This document shows positions 8,894-18,651 of a stretch of DNA of 64,000 nt, one piece after another. Source of the DNA: Bacteroidaceae bacterium (GTDB taxonomy: Bacteria > Bacteroidota > Bacteroidia > Bacteroidales > Bacteroidaceae); assembly GCA_017615245.1 (NCBI GenBank), contig JAGAAL010000035.1, positions 764-64,763 of the forward strand. The letters are read 5' to 3'. The first letter of the stretch is position 1; every line of letters starts with the position of its first letter. The notes below the pieces were generated by a model that was not told the DNA's origin, did no database searches, and was given only the letters and a program-made list of their open reading frames with translations. Position numbers and translations under genes: made by a program.

Positions 8894-11704
8894 ATGGACG
8901 AAAACATCAACGATATAGAAGAGATTTCCACCAACGAATCCAACGCTGCCCATAGCGATTATGATCCCACGAAGATGCAAGACGGTATCACCCATCATCT
9001 GAGTGGGATGTATCAAACTTGGTTCTTGGATTACGCTAGCTACGTTATTTTAGAGCGTGCCGTACCTTACATCATGGACGGATTGAAGCCCGTACAGCGT
9101 CGAATTATGCATACCATGAAACGTATGGATGACGGCCGCTATAACAAAGTGGCCAACATCGTAGGTGAAACCATGAAGTTCCATCCACATGGTGACGCAT
9201 CTATCAAAGATGCATTGGTGCAACTGGGACAGAAGGAATTACTAATTGACTGTCAGGGTAACTGGGGAAATATCCTCACAGGTGATGATGCTGCCGCAGC
9301 ACGATACATAGAGGCGCGTCTGTCGAAATTTGCAAATGATGTGGTGTTCAACCCTAAGACAACAGAATGGATGTTGTCGTACGATGGTCGCAACAAAGAA
9401 CCAATTTCGTTGCCTGTGAAGTTTCCACTGCTTTTGGCACAAGGTGCTGAGGGTATCGCTGTAGGACTGTCTACCAAAATACTTCCACATAACTTTAACG
9501 AATTGTGTGACGCTGCGGTAAGCTATTTGCACAACGAACCGTTCCAACTTTATCCTGATTTCCTGACAGGAGGTAGTATCGACGTATCGAAATACAATGA
9601 TGGTCAGCGTGGAGGAATGGTCAAGGTGAGAGCTAAAATTGAGAAACTGGACACAAAGACACTTGTCATTCGTGAGATACCATACGGCAAAACTGCTACC
9701 ACTCTGATTGATTCTATACTGAAAGCCATCGATAAGGGCAAGATAAAGGCACGTAAGGTGGACGATAATACTGCAGCTAACGTAGAGATCTTGGTACATC
9801 TGATGCCTGGAGTGTCGAGTGACAAGACCATAGATGCACTCTATGCATTCACCGATTGCGAAATCAGCATCAGCCCTAACTGCTGTGTCATTGATGACCG
9901 TATGCCGCAGTTCCTTACAGTAAGTGATGTGCTGCGTCGATCGGTCGATTACACCAAATACCTTATTAAGCGTGAATTGGAGATACGTCGCGATGAACTT
10001 CTGGAGCAGTTGCACTTCTGTTCATTGGAGAAAATCTTCATCGAGGAGCGCATCTATAAGGGCAAGCCGTTCGAAAATGCAGAGAACACAGATGCTGCTC
10101 TCAAGTATATTGACGAAAGACTCGAACCGTTTAAGAAAAATTTCATACGTGAGGTGACCCGTGATGACTTGTTGCATCTGCTCGAAATCAAGATGCAGCG
10201 TATCTTGAAATTCAATAAAGACAAGGCAGATGAACTGATTGCCAAAATCAAGAAGGAGTTGGAAGATATTGCCCGCGACCTAAACAATCTGGTAGAAGTC
10301 ACTGCTGAATGGTTCAAGTTCCTCCAGAAGAAATACGGAGAGGAGCATCCACGTCTGACCGAGATTCGCAACTTCGATACCATCCAAGCTGCAACCGTAG
10401 CTGAAGCCAATCAGAAACTCTATATCAACCGCACCGATGGCTTTATCGGAACCAGTCTGAAGAAAGACGAGTTTATCTGCAACTGCAGCGACCTCGACGA
10501 CATCATCATCTTCTATAAGGACGGTACATATAAGGTTACGAAAGTGGCCGAGAAGGTCTTTGTGGGTGAGACAGAAAAGGCCAGAAACGAGAAGCGTAAG
10601 ACGGAGATTATCCATGTGGCAGTATTCAAAAAGAATGATACACGTACCATTTATAATGTGTGCTACAAGGACGGTAAGAGCGGTATCACTTACATGAAAC
10701 GCTTCAATGTCCCGACCTTGAACAGAGACAAAGAATATGATGTGACGATGGGTACACCTAAGTCACGCATCACCTACTTCACAGCCAATGCAAACGGTGA
10801 GGCAGAAATCATTAAGGTGACCCTGAAAGAACGCCAAAAGACAAAGATTAAGAAACTGGTGTTCGATCAGGATTTCAGCGAGATTGATGTGAAAGGACGT
10901 GGTGCCCGAGGTAACATCCTCACAAAATTCGATGTCTTACGTATCGGATTGAAATCACATGGTGGAAGTACGCTCGGCGGACGCGATGTATGGTTCGACA
11001 ACGACGTGAAACGTCTCAACTACGAAAGCCACGGCGTGTATCTCGGAGAGTTCTTCAACGAAGACCAGATACTCGTAGTGCTCGATAATGGGGAATTTTA
11101 TGTCACCAACTTCGACATCAATAACCATTTCGAGCAGAATATCCTACGCATCGAGAAGTACAACAATGAAAAGGTATGGACGGCTGTGCTTTGGGATGCC
11201 GATAATCAAGGGCTACCCTACATCAAACGATTCACCATGGATGCCTCATTGAGACATCAGAATTTCATTGGCGACAACCCCGCATCAACCATGATACTGC
11301 TCACAGACACACCATCGCCACGTCTAGAACTGACCTTTAAGGAGCCTGACACTTTCCGCGGTCCGCAAGAGATGGATGTAGAGGAGTTTATCGCAGTGAA
11401 AGGCTATAAAGCAAAAGGGAAACGCCTCACGACATGGGCACTTGACAAGGTGAAGGAGATACTGGATGAGCAAGAAGAGGAAAAGGAAGCTGAGACACCG
11501 GATAGCCCAGAAAGTCCAGAAAATCTGGAAAAACCTGAAAAAACAGAAGAGCTGGAACCAGAGTCCAAGCCTCAACCAGAACCTCAACCAGAACCTCAAC
11601 CAGAACCTCAACCAGAACCAGAGCCGGAACCTATTTCCGATGAAGAGTATCATAAGACCAATCCGCCACATGACGAAGGTCCTATTCAACTCACACTATT
11701 CTAA
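8894..11704 (+). CDS. parC: DNA topoisomerase IV subunit A (GyrA/ParC family) with an acidic Pro/Glu-rich C-terminal tail
   Basis: 936 aa. Contains DGLKPVQRRI, HPHGD and the catalytic-Tyr context AAARYIEARL. The length and architecture fit a Bacteroidetes ParC rather than GyrA. Confidence 0.85.
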   Translation: MDENINDIEEISTNESNAAHSDYDPTKMQDGITHHLSGMYQTWFLDYASYVILERAVPYIMDGLKPVQRRIMHTMKRMDDGRYNKVANIVGETMKFHPHGDASIKDALVQLGQKELLIDCQGNWGNILTGDDAAAARYIEARLSKFANDVVFNPKTTEWMLSYDGRNKEPISLPVKFPLLLAQGAEGIAVGLSTKILPHNFNELCDAAVSYLHNEPFQLYPDFLTGGSIDVSKYNDGQRGGMVKVRAKIEKLDTKTLVIREIPYGKTATTLIDSILKAIDKGKIKARKVDDNTAANVEILVHLMPGVSSDKTIDALYAFTDCEISISPNCCVIDDRMPQFLTVSDVLRRSVDYTKYLIKRELEIRRDELLEQLHFCSLEKIFIEERIYKGKPFENAENTDAALKYIDERLEPFKKNFIREVTRDDLLHLLEIKMQRILKFNKDKADELIAKIKKELEDIARDLNNLVEVTAEWFKFLQKKYGEEHPRLTEIRNFDTIQAATVAEANQKLYINRTDGFIGTSLKKDEFICNCSDLDDIIIFYKDGTYKVTKVAEKVFVGETEKARNEKRKTEIIHVAVFKKNDTRTIYNVCYKDGKSGITYMKRFNVPTLNRDKEYDVTMGTPKSRITYFTANANGEAEIIKVTLKERQKTKIKKLVFDQDFSEIDVKGRGARGNILTKFDVLRIGLKSHGGSTLGGRDVWFDNDVKRLNYESHGVYLGEFFNEDQILVVLDNGEFYVTNFDINNHFEQNILRIEKYNNEKVWTAVLWDADNQGLPYIKRFTMDASLRHQNFIGDNPASTMILLTDTPSPRLELTFKEPDTFRGPQEMDVEEFIAVKGYKAKGKRLTTWALDKVKEILDEQEEEKEAETPDSPESPENLEKPEKTEELEPESKPQPEPQPEPQPEPQPEPEPEPISDEEYHKTNPPHDEGPIQLTLF
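11570..11617 (+). repeat. In-frame tandem repeat, 4 x 12 bp (cctcaaccagaa), encoding (PQPE)n inside the parC-like tail
   Basis: Four perfect copies read directly. Degenerate continuation to about 11632. Confidence 0.95.
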
Positions 11705-11707
11705 GAT

Positions 11708-12469
11708 ATGATCAGATTATTGTGCATCATACTGACCATCATCCTCCCTTCGTGCCTTATGGCGCAGGGAGATGCCGAGACAAAAACCGCCAAACGATTC
11801 CTGATGGGTATTGGTTCGGCGAATGTGATGGATACTTATCTGTCGCCCTATTCCTATAAACATAATGACATTCGTATTGATTTGATTTACGAATCTTCTC
11901 GTTTCAAGAAATGGTATGACGGGGCGGGCCTGCACCTTGCAACCATGGAAAATCCTGCCCGTAATGTCCGCGAATATGACATAGGTCTTTATGTACAATC
12001 TTCCTATTATCTCTTGCAGAAAAGCATGGGGGCTTTCTGTGTAAAAGCGGGACCGATGGGTTATTTGTATGTGGGAGGATTGTATAATGAGCGTAATGGC
12101 AACAATCCTGCTCAAGCACGTCTTTCATTGATGGCCGACCTTGCTGCAGTGGCTACTTACGACTTCTCGCTGTGGAACAAAAACTTCCAGTTGGAGTACT
12201 CACTCGATATCCCATTTGTAGGCGTGGCCTACTCGCCTCAGTTCGGGCAATCGTACTACGAGCAGTTCATGTTGAGCGACTATGACCACAACTGTATATT
12301 TGCTCACTTTGTCAATACGCCTTCGATTCGCCATCGGCTGTTGCTCAACTTCCCATTCTTCGACAAGCGATGGTTTGTCGGGTATAATGGCGTGATGGAT
12401 CAGTCGAAATATAACGGCTTACGCTACCATTCTTATAGTCATCAATTCATAATCGGTTGGAAATTATGA
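11708..12469 (+). CDS. Hypothetical exported protein, possibly an outer-membrane beta-barrel (DUF3316-like, family uncertain)
   Basis: 253 aa. Signal peptide MIRLLCIILTIILPSCLMAQG. Alternating aromatic/hydrophobic strands and a C-terminal ...FIIGWKL. Confidence 0.6.
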   Translation: MIRLLCIILTIILPSCLMAQGDAETKTAKRFLMGIGSANVMDTYLSPYSYKHNDIRIDLIYESSRFKKWYDGAGLHLATMENPARNVREYDIGLYVQSSYYLLQKSMGAFCVKAGPMGYLYVGGLYNERNGNNPAQARLSLMADLAAVATYDFSLWNKNFQLEYSLDIPFVGVAYSPQFGQSYYEQFMLSDYDHNCIFAHFVNTPSIRHRLLLNFPFFDKRWFVGYNGVMDQSKYNGLRYHSYSHQFIIGWKL

Positions 12470-13500
12470 GATACAGACTACACATCTTCTATATCATCGT
12501 TTCAGCACTATTGCTGGCTGCATGCGTAGATGAAGAACTGCCTACGGCCGACACGCCGGAAGGCAATCTGGATGCGTTGTGGCAGCTAATGGACGAGCGT
12601 TACTGCTTCTTCGACTATAAGAAGGCGGAACTCGGAGTTGACTGGAACGAGGTTCATGAGCGCTATCGCAAGAAATTGTCGCCGAAGATGAATGACCTGC
12701 AGCTTTTCGAGGTCTGCTGTGCCATGATTGGAGAGTTGAAAGACGGACATGTGAACCTTGGAGCCTCGTTTGATTTAGGACGAAACTGGAGCTACTGGGA
12801 GGACGAACCAGAGAATTATTACGACTCGATTGCCCGCAGCTATCTCGGACATGACTACGGTATCGCAGCCAGTCTGAAGTATCGAGTTTTGGACGATAAC
12901 ATCGGGTATATCCGCTGCGAGAGTTTCAACACAGGGCTGGGCGATGGCAACGTGAGCAGCGTGCTGTCGATTCTCGCACCGTGCAACGGATTGATACTCG
13001 ATGTCCGCGGCAATAGCGGTGGAAGTCTGACGAATGCCGACTGTCTGGCTTCACATTTCACCAATGAGAAAATCCTCGTAGGATATACCTATCACAAAAC
13101 GGGAAAAGGACACAACGACTTCTCCAAGATGAAAGCCGACTATCTGGAGCCTGCTAAGGGAACCCGGTGGCAAAAGCCAGTTGTAGTCATCACCAACCGT
13201 CAGTGCTACTCAGCCACGAACGATTTCGTAAAGATGATGCATTGCCTGCCAAATGTCACCCTCTTGGGCGACAAGACCGGCGGAGGATCGGGTATGCCAT
13301 TCACACAGGAGATTCCTTGCGGATGGAGCGTCCGCTATAGCGCAGTCGTTTCGGTCGACCGTGACAAGCAGCATATCGAGTTCGGAATCAACCCCGACGT
13401 AAAAGTCAGCATGGACATGAAGGATGTCATGAGGAAACGAGATACGCTCATCGAACAGGCACGCCTCGTGCTTCATGAGAAAGCATCCATCAAACCTTAA
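12466..13500 (+). CDS. S41 family peptidase (tail-specific protease-like lipoprotein)
   Basis: LILDVRGNSGGSL motif and lipoprotein-like LLLAAC. The ATG at 12466 overlaps the upstream stop (ATGA). The track's TTG at 12457 is less likely. Confidence 0.8.
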   Translation: MRYRLHIFYIIVSALLLAACVDEELPTADTPEGNLDALWQLMDERYCFFDYKKAELGVDWNEVHERYRKKLSPKMNDLQLFEVCCAMIGELKDGHVNLGASFDLGRNWSYWEDEPENYYDSIARSYLGHDYGIAASLKYRVLDDNIGYIRCESFNTGLGDGNVSSVLSILAPCNGLILDVRGNSGGSLTNADCLASHFTNEKILVGYTYHKTGKGHNDFSKMKADYLEPAKGTRWQKPVVVITNRQCYSATNDFVKMMHCLPNVTLLGDKTGGGSGMPFTQEIPCGWSVRYSAVVSVDRDKQHIEFGINPDVKVSMDMKDVMRKRDTLIEQARLVLHEKASIKP

Positions 13501-13537
13501 TACAGATACCCCATAGAGGGGAAGAAATTAAGAAAGA

Positions 13538-14881
13538 ATGATAGATTACAGCGTCTTCAACGGGAAACGCGCGGCATACTTCACACTGGGATGCAAGCTC
13601 AACTTCGCCGAAACCTCTACACTCGGCGAGACACTCATGTCGTATGGTGTGACGAAGGCAAAGAAGGGAGAACGCGCCGACATCTGTATCGTCAACACCT
13701 GCACCGTCACCGCGATGGCCGACAGCAAATGCCGACAAGCTATCCACAAAATCATCAAGGACCATCCCGGAGCACTCGTAGCCGTCACCGGCTGTTATGC
13801 CCAATTACAACCACAGCTCATCAGCGACATCCCTGGAGTCAATATCGTCGTAGGAGCACAACAACGTAGCGACCTTATCGACCAAATTTGCTATCAGCTA
13901 CAGGGCTGCCCATCCTCCAATAGTCATCAACTGCCATTAACATCCATTGCGAGGGAGGCCGCCCTTTTCTTTCCATCCTGTTCGCGAGGCGACCGCACCC
14001 GCTACTTCCTCAAAGTACAGGACGGATGCAACTACTTCTGCACCTACTGCACCATTCCCATGGCTCGTGGAAGAAGCCGCAACGGTTCGATTGCCTCGAT
14101 GGTAGAACAAGCCCGACAAGTGGTAGCACAAGGCGGAAAGGAAATCGTACTGACAGGTGTGAATATTGGCGATTTCGGGCGAACCACAAAGGAAACATTC
14201 TACGACCTCATTCAAGCATTAGACACGGTGGAGGGCATCGAACGCTACCGCATTTCATCCATCGAGCCAAACTTGCTGACAGACGAAATCATTGACTTCT
14301 GCTCCAATTCCAAACGCTTCATGCCCCACTTCCACATTCCACTGCAAAGTGGCAGCGACGAGGTACTCCGACTGATGCACCGCCACTACGACACAGCATT
14401 GTTCCGGCATAAAGTGGAGCGCATCAAGCAACTGATGCCCAACTGCTTCATCGGCGTGGATGTCATGACAGGCATGAGGGGAGAAACCGAAACATATTTC
14501 GAACAGGCATACGAATTTATCAAGAGTCTCGACATCAGCCAGCTACATGTCTTTACCTATTCCGAACGTCCTGGCACAAAAGCATTGGAAATTCCCCATG
14601 TTGTAAGCCCTCAGGAGAAACATATCCGCACCCAGCGACTGTTAGAGCTTTCCGACCAGAAGACGCACGACTTCTACCAACACCACATCGGACAGACCGC
14701 ACGAGTGCTGCTCGAGCATACCTCACGACGTACGAAGCCGATGAACGGCTTTACAGAGAACTATATACGTGTGGAGCTACCCAACCAACCCGAACTCGAT
14801 AACCAGATAGTGGAAGTAAAACTGGAAGCATTCAATCAAACCCAAGATGCGTTATGTGCAAAGTTGCTATCGTCATACTAA
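13538..14881 (+). CDS. mtaB: tRNA (t6A37) methylthiotransferase MtaB (radical SAM)
   Basis: 447 aa. Has an N-terminal UPF0004-like Cys triad, the radical-SAM motif CNYFCTYCTIP and a TRAM-like C-terminus. Confidence 0.85.
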   Translation: MIDYSVFNGKRAAYFTLGCKLNFAETSTLGETLMSYGVTKAKKGERADICIVNTCTVTAMADSKCRQAIHKIIKDHPGALVAVTGCYAQLQPQLISDIPGVNIVVGAQQRSDLIDQICYQLQGCPSSNSHQLPLTSIAREAALFFPSCSRGDRTRYFLKVQDGCNYFCTYCTIPMARGRSRNGSIASMVEQARQVVAQGGKEIVLTGVNIGDFGRTTKETFYDLIQALDTVEGIERYRISSIEPNLLTDEIIDFCSNSKRFMPHFHIPLQSGSDEVLRLMHRHYDTALFRHKVERIKQLMPNCFIGVDVMTGMRGETETYFEQAYEFIKSLDISQLHVFTYSERPGTKALEIPHVVSPQEKHIRTQRLLELSDQKTHDFYQHHIGQTARVLLEHTSRRTKPMNGFTENYIRVELPNQPELDNQIVEVKLEAFNQTQDALCAKLLSSY

Positions 14882-15918
14882 ACTGGAATGGTGCTGAAAT
14901 GATGCGCCACTATCTGCCTTCTGTCATCCAATGTTCGCAGGGAGAAGGCATTGAAGTCATCGTTGCCGATAACGCATCGACCGACAATTCTATCTTGCTG
15001 TTGCAGACAGAGTTTCCAGATATCCGCATCATACAATTGGACAAGAACTACGGCTTTGCCGATGGGTACAACCGCGCACTGCATGAAGTAGAAGCCACCT
15101 ATTATTTATTATTGAATAGTGATGTAGAGATACGCCAACCTGGGTGGTTGCAACCAATGACAAAGTATATGGATACCCATCCACAAGTAGCAGCATGCCA
15201 GCCAAAGTTGCTGAAACTCCAAGCCACTCCTCACAGAGGAGAAGACGAAGGAGTTCGGTATTTTGAATACGCCGGTGCTTCTGGTGGTTTTATCGACAAG
15301 TACGGCTATCCCTATTGCCGGGGAAGAGTATTTGATACCATCGAAGAAGACAAAGGTCAGTACGATGAAATCGCATCGGTGATGTGGACAACAGGAGCTG
15401 CGATGATGGTACGCTCCGACATCTATTGGAAAGCAGGCGGTCTCGATGCACGCTTCTTTGCTCACATGGAAGAGATTGATCTCTGTTGGCGTATGCGGAT
15501 CATGGGATATGAATTGGTATGCATCCCCCAATCCTCTGCATTCCATCTTGGTGGAGCCACTTTAAACCAAGGTAATCCACGTAAGACGTTCCTCAACTTC
15601 CGCAACAACTTGCTGATGCTCTACAAGAATCTACCCGAAAGCCAACTGACCTCCGTGCTGAAGATGAGAACATTACTTGACTGGGTGGCTGCCCTGCAGT
15701 TCCTAATTAAGTGCGACCCACAAAACATGAAAGCAATCTTTAAAGCACACAAAGAGTTCAAGCAACTCAAACCTCTGTATGCAACCACTCGTCAGCGAAT
15801 ACAGAACTATCGCACCTCTGCATTACAATCTGAGATGTCCGACTTCTCACTCCTGTGGCAGTATTATATCAAAGGGCGGAAAACTTATAAAGCCCTACAC
15901 CTTATTAATAATATATAA
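14854..15918 (+). CDS. Glycosyltransferase family 2
   Basis: VAIVILNWNG, ADNASTD and NSDVE motifs. Overlaps the mtaB 3' end by 28 nt. Confidence 0.8.
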   Translation: MCKVAIVILNWNGAEMMRHYLPSVIQCSQGEGIEVIVADNASTDNSILLLQTEFPDIRIIQLDKNYGFADGYNRALHEVEATYYLLLNSDVEIRQPGWLQPMTKYMDTHPQVAACQPKLLKLQATPHRGEDEGVRYFEYAGASGGFIDKYGYPYCRGRVFDTIEEDKGQYDEIASVMWTTGAAMMVRSDIYWKAGGLDARFFAHMEEIDLCWRMRIMGYELVCIPQSSAFHLGGATLNQGNPRKTFLNFRNNLLMLYKNLPESQLTSVLKMRTLLDWVAALQFLIKCDPQNMKAIFKAHKEFKQLKPLYATTRQRIQNYRTSALQSEMSDFSLLWQYYIKGRKTYKALHLINNI

Positions 15919-16067
15919 GGAATTTAAAAATAACTCGTTTTCGCACACAACTTTGCTTTTGATATCATTTTTCTATCAAAAACACAAAAAGCCTTACTTT
16001 TTTCATTTTTTTTGTCGCTTTTGGTATTTTTTTGCTATTTCACCATTGCTATTCCATAGAATATGCG

Positions 16068-16075
16068 TAACTTTG
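16068..16075 (+). promoter_or_regulatory. -7 box TAACTTTG upstream of gdhA
   Basis: Exact TAnnTTTG match. Implies a 5' UTR of about 130 nt. Confidence 0.5.
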
Positions 16076-16210
16076 CAGTCGATTTAGAAAAACCAACACA
16101 GACACAGGATAAAATCGACAAATCTATCGAGGATATGTGTTGATGAATTAGTAAGCATATTTAGTAAGTATATAAAGAAATTAAATAATTATCAACTAAA
16201 CACGTAAATT

Positions 16211-17548
16211 ATGGATTCAAAGAAAGTTTTGGAAAGCCTCAAGATGCGTTTTCCCAATGAACCTGAGTACCATCAGGCAGTAGCAGAAGTGCTTGGTACA
16301 ATTGAAGAAGAATACAACAAACACCCTGAATTCGACAAGGTGAACCTCATAGAACGTCTCTGTATTCCAGACCGTATTTATCAGTTCCGCGTGAATTGGA
16401 TGGACGATAATGGCAACATTCAGACAAATATGGGTTATCGTGTACAGCACAACAATGCTATTGGCCCTTACAAAGGCGGTATCCGTTTCCACAGCAGTGT
16501 AAACCTTGGCATTTTGAAGTTCCTTGCTTTCGAGCAGACTTTCAAGAATTCACTCACAACGTTGCCTATGGGTGGTGGCAAAGGTGGTTCCGACTTCTCT
16601 CCACGTGGTAAGAGCAACGCAGAGGTAATGCGTTTCTGCCAAGCATTCATGCTTGAGTTAGGTCGTCACATCGGTCCAGACATCGATGTTCCAGCTGGTG
16701 ACATTGGCGTAGGTGGTCGTGAAGTAGGTTATATGTTCGGTATGTACAAGAAGCTCACTCGCGAGTACAGCGGTGTGCTGACAGGTAAAGGTATCGAATT
16801 CGGCGGTTCACTCATCCGTCCTGAAGCAACTGGTTACGGTACAGTTTACTTCCTCCGTGCTATGTTGAAGACTAAGGGAGAAACAGTTGAAGGCAAGAAG
16901 GTACTGATTTCAGGTGCAGGCAACGTTGCTCAGTATGCAGCAGAGAAAGTGCTGCAATTGGGCGGTATTCCAATGACTATGTCAGACTCTGACGGTTATA
17001 TCTACGATCCAGACGGTATCGACCGCGAGAAGCTCGACTACATCATGGAGTTGAAGCAAGTTTATCGTGGACGTATCAAGGAATATGCTGACAAGTATCC
17101 TACAGCTAAGTATGTAGCAGGCGCTAAGCCTTGGTTCGAGAAGGCTGATATTGCTCTTCCTTGTGCTACTCAGAACGAGTTGAATGAAGAAGCAGCGAAA
17201 GCTCTCGTAGCAAACGGCGTGATTGCTGTTGCAGAAGGTGCTAACATGCCTACTACTCCAGAGGCTATCCGCGTATTCCAGGAGGCAAAGATTCTGTACT
17301 CTCCAGGCAAGGCAAGTAATGCCGGTGGTGTATCAGTATCAGGTCTTGAAATGTCTCAGAACTCAGAGCGTCTGTCATGGTCAGCCGAAGAAGTTGATGC
17401 TAAGCTCCTCTGGATTATGGAGAACATCCACGAGAACTGCGTGAAGTACGGTACTGAGGCAGACGGCTATGTAAACTACGTGAAGGGCGCTAACGTTGCT
17501 GGCTTCATGAAAGTTGCCAAAGCAATGATGGCTCAAGGTGTAATATAA
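16211..17548 (+). CDS. gdhA: NAD(P)-specific glutamate dehydrogenase
   Basis: 445 aa. Contains LPMGGGKGGSDF, a Rossmann motif ISGAGNVAQ and the family-typical C-terminus. Confidence 0.95.
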   Translation: MDSKKVLESLKMRFPNEPEYHQAVAEVLGTIEEEYNKHPEFDKVNLIERLCIPDRIYQFRVNWMDDNGNIQTNMGYRVQHNNAIGPYKGGIRFHSSVNLGILKFLAFEQTFKNSLTTLPMGGGKGGSDFSPRGKSNAEVMRFCQAFMLELGRHIGPDIDVPAGDIGVGGREVGYMFGMYKKLTREYSGVLTGKGIEFGGSLIRPEATGYGTVYFLRAMLKTKGETVEGKKVLISGAGNVAQYAAEKVLQLGGIPMTMSDSDGYIYDPDGIDREKLDYIMELKQVYRGRIKEYADKYPTAKYVAGAKPWFEKADIALPCATQNELNEEAAKALVANGVIAVAEGANMPTTPEAIRVFQEAKILYSPGKASNAGGVSVSGLEMSQNSERLSWSAEEVDAKLLWIMENIHENCVKYGTEADGYVNYVKGANVAGFMKVAKAMMAQGVI

Positions 17549-17697
17549 TTACAACAGAGCCAGCAGGACAACTTAGGCGTAGCGAAGCGAAGCCAATGTT
17601 TTTCCCCATGATGGCTCAAGGCATTGTTTAATCTACGCATTTAGTTCAAGATTTCATATCTGGTTAAATAATAAGTTTTAAAACACGACAATTCGGG

Positions 17698-17731
17698 AGT
17701 GTGTCGAGCTGGTCTCGGCACACTTTTTTTA
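17698..17731 (+). terminator. Rho-independent terminator of gdhA
   Basis: 11-bp stem (agtgtgtcgag / ctcggcacact), loop ctggt, then a run of 7 T. Confidence 0.75.
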
Positions 17732-17771
17732 TCTTCTCGCTGTTTTTCTTGGTTGTTTCGAATATTTTTTG

Positions 17772-17779
17772 TTACTTTG
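17772..17779 (+). promoter_or_regulatory. Near-consensus -7 box TTACTTTG
   Basis: One mismatch to TAnnTTTG, 24 nt upstream of the ATG at 17803. Confidence 0.4.
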
Positions 17780-17802
17780 CAGGAACAAAAACCAATAACG
17801 AT

Positions 17803-18651
17803 ATGAAACCGATAGTTTTTGCCATTGTAATTTGGGCGATGTCCATCACGGGCGGATGGGCACAGCGTCAGGAGGTTTTCACACCTGAGGCTTTCCACGT
17901 AGAGGTAACCGACATGTTCCCTTTATCTTTTAGAGCCAGTTATGGTCTTAACGAATTCTCTTTGACCATACGCAACGATTCTGCATTGGTGTGCATGCCT
18001 TATCTCGGAGAGGCATACGTACCTTCATTCACCTATGATGGTCTGCGGTTTGAACATCTGTATGAAAATCTGAAAGTTGGTAAGGACAAGAAAGGAGAGG
18101 CTACGATTGTGACGTTCAACGTAAAACATGGCATTGTTGACCATCTGTTCACCATCACCGCCTATCCCAACCACAAGGCTTATATCACCGTTTATCCAAG
18201 CAATGCCCAAGCATGCTCCTACGCTGGCGAATGGACGGCAGTCGACCAGCGTCAGTTGTCGTATGTGGCATTGGTACTCGACGAAACTTCAAGCAACACA
18301 TTGAAAGCATTTGCCAACGACAACATGCCTTGGAGCGACAACACTGTGTATTGCCACCACATGACGATTGCCCACTATACGAACATCACACCAAAACTGA
18401 GACATTGGGCTGAGCGACACGAAGGGAAGGCCTACACCATTCAAGCCACCGACTACGGACATTCCAACCAAGCATTTGCAGTAAAGGTAAAGCCTGGCAA
18501 AGTACCAAGTGCCAATACAGTGACTCATGTGACACTAGCCACGAACAATGCAACTGGTGGTAAAGCCGTTGAAAGCAACTACATCACTGCGTGGCAGCAA
18601 CTGGCAAGGCCCATCACCCTGAACGGCACTGTAACGTTCATTTACCAATGA
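17803..18651 (+). CDS. Secreted two-domain protein: an N-terminal DUF4251-like domain fused to a C-terminal domain with two HxTx motifs (2H phosphoesterase-like)
   Basis: I start at the ATG at 17803 (MKPIVFAIVIWAMSITGGWAQ signal peptide). The track start at 17701 lies inside the gdhA terminator. H-M-T-I is encoded at 18358-18369 and H-V-T-L at 18526-18537, both in frame. Confidence 0.7.
   Translation: MKPIVFAIVIWAMSITGGWAQRQEVFTPEAFHVEVTDMFPLSFRASYGLNEFSLTIRNDSALVCMPYLGEAYVPSFTYDGLRFEHLYENLKVGKDKKGEATIVTFNVKHGIVDHLFTITAYPNHKAYITVYPSNAQACSYAGEWTAVDQRQLSYVALVLDETSSNTLKAFANDNMPWSDNTVYCHHMTIAHYTNITPKLRHWAERHEGKAYTIQATDYGHSNQAFAVKVKPGKVPSANTVTHVTLATNNATGGKAVESNYITAWQQLARPITLNGTVTFIYQ

Noticed and set aside
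11324-11711. ORFs 11324-11689 (-) and 11466-11711 (+) with repetitive WFWLRF or NQNLNQ translations.
   Set aside because: They are alternative-frame readings of the 12-bp tandem repeat inside the parC-like tail, not independent genes.
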